DNA of 64,000 nucleotides from Haplodiscus bocki (Eukaryota): NCBI GenBank assembly GCA_965655095.1, contig OZ296649.1, positions 95,604,001 to 95,668,000 of the forward strand, read 5' to 3'. Shown piece by piece: positions 1 to 10,469 of this stretch (position 1 is its first letter; each line of letters starts with the position of its first letter). The notes under the pieces were generated by a model. It saw only the letters and a program-made list of their open reading frames with translations, ran no database searches and was not told where the DNA came from. The position numbers and the translations under genes were made by a program.

Positions 1-900
1 ATCCACCATGCAACTGGAAAAATTCCTACTTTCTTGTCATCTGCGTTGCATTTGCATTTTTTTGCAATTACTAACACAACTCCGCCCTATAACGCTGAAA
101 CTGCCGCCGATGTTTTGCTGAGGCAATGGATTTTTTCATTCCTAACGCAAAAATTAGTCAACGGTGAAAGAACAGAATATTTTATCACTATTACTGCAAA
201 ATTCTGTCATACTTTTGGAAATAAATTTTGACCATGTTACCCTCATTTTTTTTGGCAAGTCGCTTGGTCGAGGGCCTGAATAAACTCTGGTCAGTTTATT
301 CGAACTAACGCGCATCAAAAAGTTATCCATTGTTCTGACCAGGTAGAGTCTCATACTTTCTCTCAAATTACCCAGACGCGAAACTATTCTCAATTTCCTA
401 TCTTGTGAAGTGGTTTTTAAAGAACAATTTCAAGTGCCAATCGAAATTCAAATAGAATTAACCCGTGACCGAAGTTTAGTCCGTATTAGCTCTTTTTGCA
501 GATCTTCACGAAACCTCTTGCATTTTACTTTAACAGAGCAGAAGATAGTTCCAACACTTAAACCTATATCATTTTTACCATATTCACGCCAAACAGAAAG
601 ACCTTTTTTTTCCAAACTTTTCTCAATATTTTTTCCACACCGATTAAAACTTTTGTCTAAAACTGAATTAAATCTTAGTTTTAGTCAGACAAATAAAACA
701 GAAGAACGCATAATTGTTTTACAAAAAGTTTTAAATGTAAATTCCAATTCTTTCCGTAAACTAGAGCTATCAAAGACAAGCCCCTGTAAAGTAAGAGAAG
801 AAGAAAAGAAGTAGATGACGATTTAATGTCTCACCAACCAGACGTTTTATTTGTGCAGGTAAATCATCTAATCCTTCTTTACCCAATTACCTCCTATTTG
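1..900 (+). pseudogene. Highly decayed Ty3/gypsy integrase remnant (older element, plus strand)
   Basis: Across frames: NAETAADVLLRQWIFSF..LVNGERTEYF..FCHTFGNKF (core, cf. WIxxFGxPxxLVTDxGTEY), GQFIRTN, CEVVFKEQFQVPIEIQIEL (cf. SPYExVFxxxxxxP), KLELSKTSPCKV (degenerate GPY/F) and NHLILLYP at ~862-885 (cf. HRNHLxxY). Many stops and frameshifts. Confidence 0.6.
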
Positions 901-1526
901 GAAAAACTGGTTCAAAAGTATAAAGTTGGCTCTTTCAACTCTCACACACCATTTCTGAATTCATTCTAACGCGAAACGTAAATTCACTTAGAAGATCGTC
1001 GTATGATTCCTGGGAGAAATGCAAGGAAAAACAACACCAAATCCAAAATTAATTGACAACTTGAGCTCCCGTCCCAATGCTGACGCTTCCTCTCCGATAT
1101 TTTTAAAAACTAAACAACAAATACAAAAAAGCGAAAAAGTCAAGTTTATGTTCCACATTCAGCTAAAATCATTACATCAACGTTTTCACCTGAAGCCATG
1201 TTTTCCCAAATCAACCAAATTGTCCAATCAATAGGCCTCGAATAGATATAATGACACCACCAACGCCCAAACTTGACGCCACATCTTCCCGAAATCCGAC
1301 GTTTTCCCCAACAAGACTCACAAGTCGTCTTTGCAGGCAGCCGGTCAAAAGTTATACAGCAAACTTTCCGCTCCGAAACAATTATCTTGATCCCAACGAC
1401 AGAAAATACGACTGAGAAAGAGCTCAGAAAAATTGACGTAATAAAAATGGAATCAAACATCATTGAGTTGTCAACGAGTTCAGATCAAACAAATCGGTCT
1501 ATTAGATCAGATTGTTACGCAACAAA

Positions 1527-1821
1527 ACACATACATTTCAACCACAGGTTGGCCAATCAGAAAACACTTCGGAGAGATCTCTAAAATCAATTTATTTTTC
1601 ATTGAGAAAAGACTTTATCGTTAGCAAACATGAAATCATTTTGCATTGCATTCCTAAAACATCCATCAACCTATCAATACACTTACATTTTAACCACACG
1701 TTGGCCAATCAGAAAACACTTCGGAAAAATCTCTAAAATCAATTCACTTTTCATTGAGAAAAGACTTTATCGTTAGCAAACTTGAAATCATTTTGCATTG
1801 CATTCCTAAAACTTCCATCAA
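1527..1821. repeat. Two-copy direct repeat, period 152 bp, each copy with a TTGGCCAATCAG (CCAAT-box-like) motif
   Basis: GGCCAATCAGAAAACACTTCGGA...GCATTGCATTCCTAAAAC starts at 1551 and again at 1703; the copies are highly similar. Confidence 0.9.
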
Positions 1822-1838
1822 TTTCTCCGTAAACCAAG

Positions 1839-2404
1839 TGTAACAACCGTGGTTTTATTGTTAAACCCATGACAAGAGTTTTTTCTATTTTTCCTTCTCG
1901 GAAGCGTGGACGGTTGTTTTATCAAGTTTCTTTTGATTGTGCTGTTCCTTCTTGTATTTGATCTATTTGAGAATTTGTTTGAGTTTAATTAGTTTTTTTT
2001 AAAAAAAAAGGAAAAATTCAGAAAAAGAATAAACCTTACATTTTCAAGAGAGAAGAGTTGAGGATTGCATTTATGGAGGTTGCAATTTCTTGTTTTGTTG
2101 TTGTGAGTGTTGCTCAGAAGACGGTTTGCGGTGTTTTGTCGGGGTCTATAAAATCTGGGTTGCTGAGGGTTCTGAATTTGTGGGAGGTCGAAAAGACGAG
2201 CAATAAGGGGCAAAGGTTAGATAAAGAAAAAACAAACATGTTTCAACAAGTTTAAATTATAAGTTAAGTTCCTGCAAATGTATAAAATATGAAATTTATT
2301 TAAGAGGGGAACGAAGATTAAATGTGTGTCAGATAAGAGAAGGAGCTGTGTTTTATTGAAACTGCGTGATAGTGAACTTCAGAAAGTCTGACAAACAAAT
2401 TACA
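1839..2404 (-). repeat. 3' LTR (~566 bp)
   Basis: Plus-strand ends TGTAAC...ATTACA form a 5-bp inverted TGTAA/TTACA. Aligns end-to-end with 15165-15728 at roughly 85% identity by eye. Minus-strand AATAAA at 2352-2357 and 1854-1859. The inner boundary is uncertain because no PPT is visible. Confidence 0.85.
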
Positions 2405-2671
2405 TTAAGAAGTAAGAAGGGAGCAGGAACGGAACCTGCGACTCCTCTAAGGCCACCACCGAAGGAGTCTAATGAGGAGCAACCAGAAGGCAACAGAGCC
2501 GACAAGAAGAAGAAAGGCTTTGTCAAAGTTTAAGAAGGGGATGTTTTGTTAGTAGTGTGAGTAAAAGTATGGCGGTGACTGCAGCGGAGAAGGGTCGTGC
2601 GGGGCTGACGGGTATGGGGATGCTGATGGTGATGGTGATGTTAAATCTGGAGGTTGCGTTGGCTGTTGTAG

Positions 2672-3302
2672 TTATTGTTTCCGGAAACGTGAGCGTCGTC
2701 GCTTGTTGTTGAGTTTTGATTTTTTCTTAGTTAGTTGGCGGAGGTCACTAATGTGTTTGGATATTAAGAAGAACATCCTGATTTACAACGAAATCTCCAA
2801 ATGGAGTTCACTGTATTTGCGAAGTTAGGCCTTGTCCTTTAATTTACGGTTGTGATTAAAGGTGTCTGACTGCATGAACGGTCAAGAAGGACCTACTGAG
2901 CAGATCGAAATTTGAAGGAGAGTTAGTCCGGTGACAGTAGACTATGACAGAGACGGGACAAGGAAGAGCACGAATTGCTTCATTGAGTTCCTGGCGACTT
3001 AATGGGTTGTAGAAGTTTGAGGAGTGCGGTGTAATGGAATTGTTAATGGTGTCATGCCAGAGGACGATTTAGAATTTTAAAGTGTGTTTGTGTAGACGGA
3101 GAAGCTTATGAAGTTGGTATTGGACTGTTTTGCAGGGGAAACGGGCACAGACTTGTACTAAATGGAGTCCAGGAATAGCAGTTAGACAAAGTTGCCGTTG
3201 GAAAACACCACCATTAAGAGTGTTCACAGCGGCAGCTAGAGAACTCGAACCAAAGACATGCATTGTCCGAGACTCGTCCACTCCAGGAGCTGAAGACAAC
3301 AT
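2672..3302 (-). pseudogene. ORF5: SGNH/GDSL-hydrolase-fold-like protein with Arg/Lys-rich C-terminus (disrupted)
   Basis: Reconstruction: MLSSAPGVDESRTMHVFGSSSLAAAV..LTAIPGLHL..KF*IVLWHDTINNSITPH..ELNEAIRALPCPVSVIVYCHR../fs/..KYSELHLEISL..KKKSKLNNKRRRSRFRKQ*. Motif order resembles SGNH blocks I (GSSSL), II (PG), III (HDTINN) and V (ELHL). Confidence 0.5.
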
Positions 3303-3480
3303 GCTGCCTACGAAAGCAAGAAGTCTCACACTACAAGCTCAGCCAAGGGCACACATGACTCAACAAAAAAGGGGTGGGGGCATCAAGACAACAGGTCACA
3401 CCAAACGAAGCCGGCTGTACGATTGCAAGAGAACGGAAGGTCGCCTATGTGCCGTAATTAAGGAGCAGCTCAAGCTGAGG

Positions 3481-4412
3481 TTACTCAAGACGCCCTTGTG
3501 GAGCGGGAAACCCGTCGGGTGCGCTCGGGGTACATCGCGGGCATCAAAAAGTGTTTCGTAAAAGACGGCGGCGCCCCTCCAGTCCGCATTGATTGTAGAC
3601 TTGACGGAGGGCTGGAGTGGTGAGTGGCCGCTTTATCAACGTGATTGAAGTCACCAGGATCTTCTGTGGATGGGGATTTTTCCGGGTGGAAGCATTTTAA
3701 CAACAAGTTAGCACGCCCGGAAAGTGTAGCGATGTCGGCATCAGGCGCACAGCAAAGGAAGTGGTACAAGGTGTCATCGGGTGTGAGATCATCGTCGAAG
3801 TTGGTGGAGAGGGTTAGGAGTAACTGTCATAAAAGGCGTAAGATGGGCTTGGCATTCCACGATTTGTTTCTGAGTTGGCTGCGCAATGAACCCACCGTTT
3901 CAAGTTGTGCCATAGGGAGGGTCATCAGGGCATTGTGGGTGTCATTAAGGTCCTGGAACCGAGACCGGAGATGTTCCACTTCGGCAGTCAGGGACGCAAA
4001 TCGAAAATGCAGAGCGGCTTCTGCTTGCTGAGTGGAACGAAGTTTTAGCTGCGACTGTTCCAGCTGCTGGCGAGCCTCGGAAAGAGCCTTTTTGAGATTG
4101 TCAAGGGAGGATTAGTCCGTCATCAGGGGAACCCACTCATCCATCGCATCCCGTTGAGGCAAATCCACTTTCACAGGGGAGTCAGAAACGTCAGGGAGAA
4201 TTTGAGGAGGTATTGGTTTGGGGCAGAAGCAGTTTGCCGTAGGCAAATCGGCCGTAACTTAAGCCTCACAAATGCCAAGGAGTGGCAACCAAATTTGCTT
4301 CAGGAAGCCGATCAAGACAATTGATATTTTAGAGCCGAACGCTGCCTTCCCCGGGAAAGATCTTTGTCACCCGGTACTGTAGATCTTCAACCAGGAATAT
4401 CAACATGGTCAT
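3481..4412 (-). pseudogene. ORF4: coiled coil plus DnaJ-like J-domain protein (disrupted)
   Basis: One frame gives LDNLKKALSEARQQLEQSQLKLRSTQQAEAALHFRFASLTAEVEHLRSRFQDLNDTHNAL (heptad-like), then DDTLYHFLCCAPDADIATLSGRANLLLKCFHPEK; after a frameshift, ILVTSITLIKRPLTTPALRQVYNQCGLEG. The N-terminus is uncertain. Confidence 0.7.
3574..3778 (-). other. J-domain (DnaJ/Hsp40-like) within ORF4
   Basis: Matches the J consensus xYxxLGVxxDAxxxEIKKAYRKLALKYHPDKNP...YEVLSDPEKRxxYDQYGEEG: LYHFL, APDA, LLLKCF-HP, LTTPALRQVYNQCGLEG. Restoring one 2-nt deletion at ~3677-3682 gives HPDKNPHPQ and joins the two frames. Confidence 0.75.
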
Positions 4413-4415
4413 TGA

Positions 4416-4451
4416 CTGCAACAGAGTGGATTCGGCCCAAGCTAGTCAGTA
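4416..4451 (-). promoter_or_regulatory. Candidate branch point plus 3' splice acceptor upstream of ORF4
   Basis: Minus strand TACTGAC (4451-4445), ~30 nt later CTCTGTTGCAG| (ends 4416), then ATGs at 4412 and 4406; a pyrimidine-rich tract lies upstream. Confidence 0.4.
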
Positions 4452-4999
4452 CAGGAAACGTTTTTTGGGGTTGTTGGAAGAAGTTAAAATAAGACATAAA
4501 AAGAAACAAACCATTACCACTCGATCGCATGGATTGAAAAAAACGGACGGTAATGGGGATGACTAAAACAGAAAAAAGTGTTCAGAAGGAAAGACACACG
4601 AAAGGGAAACATATGATGTTTATTGAAAACACGGAAACGTGTTTGCAGAAATTAGAAACTGAAAGAGAGGGGACACGGAAACAAGCCATGTGCAGAAGCA
4701 GAGGGGATGTGCTCTTTAGAGATGCGCAAACGCCATCTCAGTTCAACGTAGTTGCAGGTGAAGACGCTCAGTGAAGCTGTGATTGATAAAAAGGAAGTCA
4801 CATGGGCTTGACAGGAGTTAGTTGGATGGGGCACTATTGATGAGGCGCTAACTATGGGGTATGCACGTTCTGGACTGTTAGTAACAGGGGTCGAAACGGT
4901 GGGGATGTTATCAGTAGGGTTGTTAGTAATGTTAGTGATTTGAGTAGGATTGAGAGGAACGTATAGACTAAGACGGTGAAAAACTTCTTTTGTAAGAGC

Positions 5000-7216
5000 C
5001 TATAAAGCCTTAAACTTGGTTACTGACAAGTTCAGAAAGGAGGTATCAGAAGCAGTGGGCTGAGAGTCTTCCACAATGTGAAGAAAACGACCAGATGTTC
5101 CACGGAAAAAGCGCTGTGGTTGTGCAAACAAACGTGTCCATTGTCGACGAAAAAGGGTGAAGCTAATACAGAAGGTGAGTAGAGACAACGTGACAGAAAC
5201 CATAGAAGAAACGACAGTCCTTCGAGTGGGGAGATATGAGGGAAGAGCTGCCGATGTGGCCGGTGAAATGGATGAGTAATACTTGCCAATAGGACAAGTT
5301 AGATCAGCAAGTGCCTCCGGAGACATGCGTTTGACGTTCGGGAGTTCCGCTAATTCAAGACGGACGGTTTTCAGAACGGACTGCCGTGCTTCAGCAATAG
5401 TAAGTGTGGAACTTGTGTGCGACGTTGGGGACCTTTTTTAAAATTTGATCAAGGGTTGGGGTAAGTTTGATCCTAGCCAGCAATGGTTCTCGGTTGTTTT
5501 TACAAAAGTCCGTGTCAGGAACCAATTCTAGGTCCCCTTGACTGAAAGAAAGTTTGCTTTTACAACTTGGGCTGACGAGGCAGGCTTGACATGATAATGT
5601 TGAAATGGAGAAGCCTGCGGCACCACTATCGTTCTTCATCTGGATGTTGGGATCTCGTGAGATAATTTGATACTTGTCGTCTGCTAAAAAAAGTTTGTGG
5701 TGCATCAGGCAGAAGAACAGATTCCACTTTACAGTTTCCCAGGGATGTAATATCGTAATTGTAAAACAATGAAGGAAAGCAAAAAAGTGTCTTGTCGGTA
5801 GTAGTGCTGGAAAATCCCTGCTTGCGGAGTTTGATACAGTTATTACCCGAACATTGTGGAAGACTAGAGGCGTCGAGTTCGCCGAAACTTTTTTTGTCAG
5901 TGGAGACAACGAGAAAGGAGTTTGAGAAGTGATATATAGCAGCAGCGTCACCGTCATCGTTGGGCTGATAGAGGGGGACAACGTGTAAAACGTTGAGAGG
6001 TTTTTTTTGAGTTCATGGGAATTCCAAGGACTACAGAGATGCCCCATGAAAAGAGGGAGACTTCCAAAACCATTTGGATTTCATAATTAATGGCTTCTTG
6101 TCCTGCGCGAATCGCTGGAGAGAGTTTGGTCCCTCTGAAGATCTTGTTGCTGGCGAGCTCACTTACTATTGTTGCCAATTGGTAAGGAAGTAGAAACTGT
6201 AGGGTGACGTAGTCAGCCCCAAGTGACGAGATTGTGGAGAAGAGCGCATTTTTGTACGCGTAAAAAGCCGCTCGGTAAATTTTAAGTGGGTGTACAGGGT
6301 TCCCAAGTAATCCACGTAGTTGCGGATCTGTTGCATGAAAATCATATTCTGTGTGAAGTGAGCATTACATACTGATAACAAAGCAATTACGCCTTCAATT
6401 TCAAGTAACTCTGTTTGCAGGTTTTTTAATAGACCACCAACTATTTCCGTTACCTTTTCTACACTTTCGTGTGTTTCTTTAATTTCATTTCCCTATATTT
6501 AAAAAAGTCCCATCGTTTTTTGTCTGTACTCTTTCCATTACAGCTTGAAATTGTTTCCGAGTCGCCATGACTAGGTCAACATTTTCTTCCAGGTCCCTGG
6601 TAACTGTTCAAAGATTAAAGAAGGAGAGCGCCGAACATGCAGCGTCTCTGACTGGACCTCCAAGAACCAGTCCGGCGGCACAAGCGGTCGCTGCGTTTAT
6701 TCTCACAGAGCGTTTACTACGGGCTGCTCCATGGTCCGGCCTAATAGATGGTGGCAAAAGAGACGAGGCCACTTCTACTAGTTGATTCTGATCTGTGTGT
6801 GCAGCATTGATCTCTTTTTGTATCAAGGAAAATTTCTACTCCAGCTGGTCATATAAGTTACCCATGCGCTCTGTTCGGCAGAGTTTGACTGTGTCGATGC
6901 CAGTCATCGAATCGGTGTGGCCTCGTGTTTGAAGAATTGTATAGGCATCGGTTAAGTTGATCTCCGGAATCCTGGGGAACGCTGAAAACACACGAACCTT
7001 ACTCTCACTTTCGGGCGTCACAGCATGGTATTTGAAAACAAAGGCTGCACCTTTTTTGAAGACTGGCTTGTCCAATGCATCGCTTAAATGGGTAGTGAAC
7101 TGAACGTCCGTGAAAACAAAATTAGTAAGTGCGAGTAGTAGAAGAATCGATAAAATGTTCGTCGACGTCTTTGGTGTGTTGCGTGTCCTGAAGAAACACA
7201 TACACTCAAAGATCAC
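5000..7216 (-). pseudogene. env: env-like class I (F-type) fusion glycoprotein, disrupted
   Basis: Signal peptide ILSILLLLALTNFVFT; furin-type RSKR (6721-6710) followed by Ala/Gly-rich SVRINAATACAAGLVLGGPVRDAACSAL; heptad region (NEIKETHESVEKVTEIVGGLLKNLQTELLEI); Cys-rich ectodomain (CQACLVSPSC); TM TVVSSMVSVTLSLLTFCISFTLF (~5218-5150). The frame reads on past the 5000-5002 stop, so the tail was probably longer. Confidence 0.85.
7188..7200 (-). promoter_or_regulatory. Candidate env splice acceptor
   Basis: Minus strand TGTGTTTCTTCAG|GACACGC just upstream of the signal-peptide codons; CACTAAC at 7249-7243. Confidence 0.45.
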
Positions 7217-7929
7217 TTGGCGATGGCATTGGTTGTCTAGGTGTTAGTGTGGGATAGAGGTGCCTGCCTTGTTTGCGGTTTTTGGACTTTCGAGGGGATA
7301 AAAATGCGGTAACGTTTGGGAGCAGTCGGGCCTTGCAGAATGGCTCCCCTTTGCGCTGTCCCACGGTAGTGGCGCGCAATTCTCTTGTTGATGATGGGGG
7401 AGGCTCCCGAAAGGGACGGTCGTGCAGGTGCCTGGAATCTCCTGCAACCACAGAGTCTAAAATGGAGTTTGGGGAAGCAGCGGGAATGGAACGGAAGTAA
7501 GATGCTTCGTTTCCGGACGCACCAGGAGGTATTGACGACGGTAGCTCGCCTGATTGTATACCTTGACGGCCAGCTGTCGGAGTGGAGCTCTGCTTTGGAG
7601 TAATTTCAGAGAGCGGCGTTTTACCACTAGTGGACGAGGAACGGGCTGGTAGGGTGGATGCGTTGAAAGGTTCGTGAGAGAAAAGAGGGGCCGATGGTGT
7701 TGGTGGGAACTCCGGCGGCAAGGGGCGCCGAGGGGAAGCGGGTATGGGCACGGCAAAGGGCTGTGGACGGTAAAAAGACTTTTGAGAGGCACAAGGCAGA
7801 AAGGAAGTCTTTGGAAAGGTCATATACTCACAATGGGATTGGTCTAACCGTTTAGATTGTTTACTGGTTGAAACATTTTTGTATATCGAGTTACGCTCGG
7901 GAATTATTGATGTAGGAGCTACGACGCTA

Positions 7930-8965
7930 TAGTACCGTTTGAGTCGATCAAAATGGACAACGAGTTGTTTTCCATTGCCTATTTCTTCTATTTTGTAGTT
8001 TGCATCACTGAGGCATTTAATCATGCAATAGGGGCCAGGCAAATGGCCAGATAATTTGGAGCTACAACTCGGTGGGGTGACGGGGCAATGAAGGAGAACG
8101 CAGTCACCTTCTTTGTACACTGGTTCGTGCTTTTCACGATTATACAAGGCACTTCGTCGGAGCTCTTGCGCAGTAGTGTTTCGGCGGACTAGCTCAAACG
8201 CTTTGCGAATGGCTTCTTGTCGCTCTAACACCTGCTTATTCAGAGACGACGGCTCACTGTGTTCTGAAAGTTTGCACATTACGTCGAGTGGCAATGACAT
8301 TTCATGTCCAAACGCAAGAAAGTATGGTGTGAATCCTGTAGATTCATGGACCAATGATCGGTAGGCCATTAAAACAAACGGAAGCAGTGTGGACCGATCC
8401 GAGTTGTTATGATCTAAACACTGCGACAGCATCTTCATCAATGTTCGATTAATTCGTTCAATAACAGCATTGCACTGAAGATGGAAGGACGTATTCCGAG
8501 TTTTGCTGATCTATAACCGTTGCAAAAATTGTTGGAAAAAGTCGGACTCGAAGTTGCGACCTTGGTCGGTATGTTTGCTATGAGGGCATCCGAAGGGACA
8601 AATCCAGTAGTTTAGTAAAGCGTCGGCTGTGGTTTAAGCTCGTTGATCGGGCAGTGGAATAGATTTGAACCACTTAGTGAATATATTGCCATATAAAAAG
8701 ACATATTGACAGTTATTGGATATCGGAAAGTGTCCAGGAAAGTCCAACCTCATGTGGTGGAACGGGTATCTAACCGGCCAGTCGGTGAGAGAATGCCGGT
8801 GTGGCCTTGGGGGCCCTGCTCGTTTTTGGCATCGATCGCAACAGCGAATAATTTTTTTGATGTCCTCCTTAAATCTTGGCCAGAAATACCGTTGTCGTTT
8901 TTATCTATCGTCTTTTAGGTACCCAAATGTCCTGCTGTAGCTGAAATATGGAATGATGTGATAGG
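7930..8965 (-). other. Integrase (HHCC, DDE core, GPY/F), followed by a Pro/Ser-rich tail to 7206
   Basis: SFHISATAGHLG..YFWPRFKEDI..CDRCQK; RLDF, HTDQGRNFES, NAVIERINRTL; MAYRSLVHESTGFTPYFLAFG; GPYCMIKCLSDANYKI..VVHFDRLKRY. Confidence 0.95.
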
Positions 8966-9253
8966 TTCGGAGACTAAGGCTGGAGGGATAATTTTTTGGA
9001 GGTAGGGTTCCCTGCCGTCGAGGTGTTCAAGTTTTCGGCAGAGCACATATTCATGGAGGCAAAGGCTTGCCAATTGGTTATACAATTGTCATCGCAGACA
9101 GGGTAGGCCTTGTAATTCATTGTGTTGGGTCGTATATCCTTTTCGGGTCCATTCTCTGACATGTCTCCAGCTTTCGTCAGCTTGCTGTGCTTTGACTGAC
9201 GATTTAGCAGCCGCGGTTGCTTGCGGCGATGGCGCTGACCCCAGCTCCTCTTT

Positions 9254-9670
9254 GAGGTACACAATGACGGCAACTGGTGATGTCTTGAATGTGTTTGGGA
9301 TAAGTTGTCGAATCACGTTCCATTCGAGTTTGTCGAGACCGGAACCGATGCAGGGCATGCTGATTTGACGAACTCCATTCTCTTCCGCATGCGTCCGCAT
9401 ACGTTCGATGGAGGCGCGCAATATTCAAAAGTTGGCTTGTCATGGAACTTTTGTTTTGTAACTGAATAGTAAATGCATTTTTTCTAAGTGGGTATCCAAT
9501 GCGGCCACAGTGGATTCAATCTATGATCCAAATTAACGGGATAGCTCGTCGAAAAATATCTCCGGATTTTGCTGGCTATGGCAGCTGACAAATTGAAGTC
9601 GGCGGAGACACAATGGGCCAGGGAGTCAGTTGAATGGAACAGGTTGCCAATGATCTCTTGGTAACGAATT
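9254..9670 (-). other. TARG1/OARD1 (Poa1p-like) macrodomain embedded in pol
   Basis: IRYQEIIGNLFHSTDSLAHCVSADFNLSAAIASKIRRYF..IYYSVTKQKFHDKPTFE/fs/LRASIERMRTHAEENGVRQISMPCIGSGLDKLEWNVIRQLIPNTFKTSPVAVIVYL. This parallels TARG1 GDLF..DSLAHCISED..GAGIA, IYYLITK..KPTY, SMPRIGCGLDRLQW..ITVY. Confidence 0.9.
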
Positions 9671-9864
9671 GGCGCACTCAGAATGTCTGGTGAAAAGTGG
9701 GAATTTCGCCGGATTCCTGGTTAAGCCATTCCTCGGAACTAGTGGATGCATGGTCATCATCATTCTTCTGTGTCATAATCAAAGGTTTCCACTGGTCGCT
9801 TTCATCTTGGTGTGGGCGCTGGCTTCCGCTGCTATTTTGTGCAACAACATTTACTTCATGAGAA

Positions 9865-10235
9865 GGAACTCTTGAGAGGCCATCGGCATGACCGATTGAC
9901 GTCCCGGGCCTGTGGTGAACCGTGTAACCGAAAGACTCTAATTTTTCTAACCAGAGGGCGGTCATCCCGTCCGGATCTTTGAAATTGTGTAACCATTGGA
10001 GTGCCCTGTGGTCAGTTACGATCGTAAATTTCCGTCCCAACAGGTAGAGACGGAAAGGTCTGGTAAATATTACGATGGCAGGGAGTGTGCAACCAGTTGC
10101 TGATATATTGTCTGCGACTTCGAAAGTGCCTTGGAAGCGTAACAGATGGCTTTTTCTAAACCTCTTGTACTTGAGCAAGGACGGCTCCCATTGCAAACTG
10201 ACTTGCACCAGTGTACAGACTAAAAGGCTGTTGGA
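9865..10235 (-). other. RNase H (Ty3 type)
   Basis: PFSLYTGASQFAMGAVLAQ..AIVIFTRPFRLYLLGRKFTIVTDHRALQWL..WLEKLESFGYTVHHRPGTSIGHADGLSR. Confidence 0.92.
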
Positions 10236-10469
10236 GACACGGAAAGGCCAAAATAGGGATTGACGTTAAACGGGCTTTCAGGGTTTCGAAAGCGTCCTGG
10301 GCTTCTTCAGTCCGCGAGAACACGGAAGAAGTTTCACTCGCCTTGTGGAGAGGGCGGGCAATGGCGGCGAAATTGGAGACATAGCGCCCATAATAGGATG
10401 TTAGTCCGAAGAATGATTTGATTTCAGTTTAGTTTCTTGGAATGGGGATATTTTTTACGACATCACGTT

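Noticed and set aside
1019-1584. ORFs 1019-1234, 1146-1463 and 1273-1584 as host genes
   Set aside because: They are short, overlapping and motif-less, inside TE debris.
1989-2255. Short ORFs within the LTRs (also 15289-15579)
   Set aside because: They recur only because the LTR is duplicated, and show no recognisable domain.
3130-4031. Plus-strand ORFs 3130-3561 and 3645-4031 (likewise 12195-12689 and 13289-13601)
   Set aside because: Antisense shadows of minus-strand coding remnants, with no motifs of their own.
7206-7930. Chromodomain at the integrase C-terminus
   Set aside because: The tail is low-complexity Pro/Ser-rich and lacks a Y/F-x-V-K-W-type chromodomain pattern.
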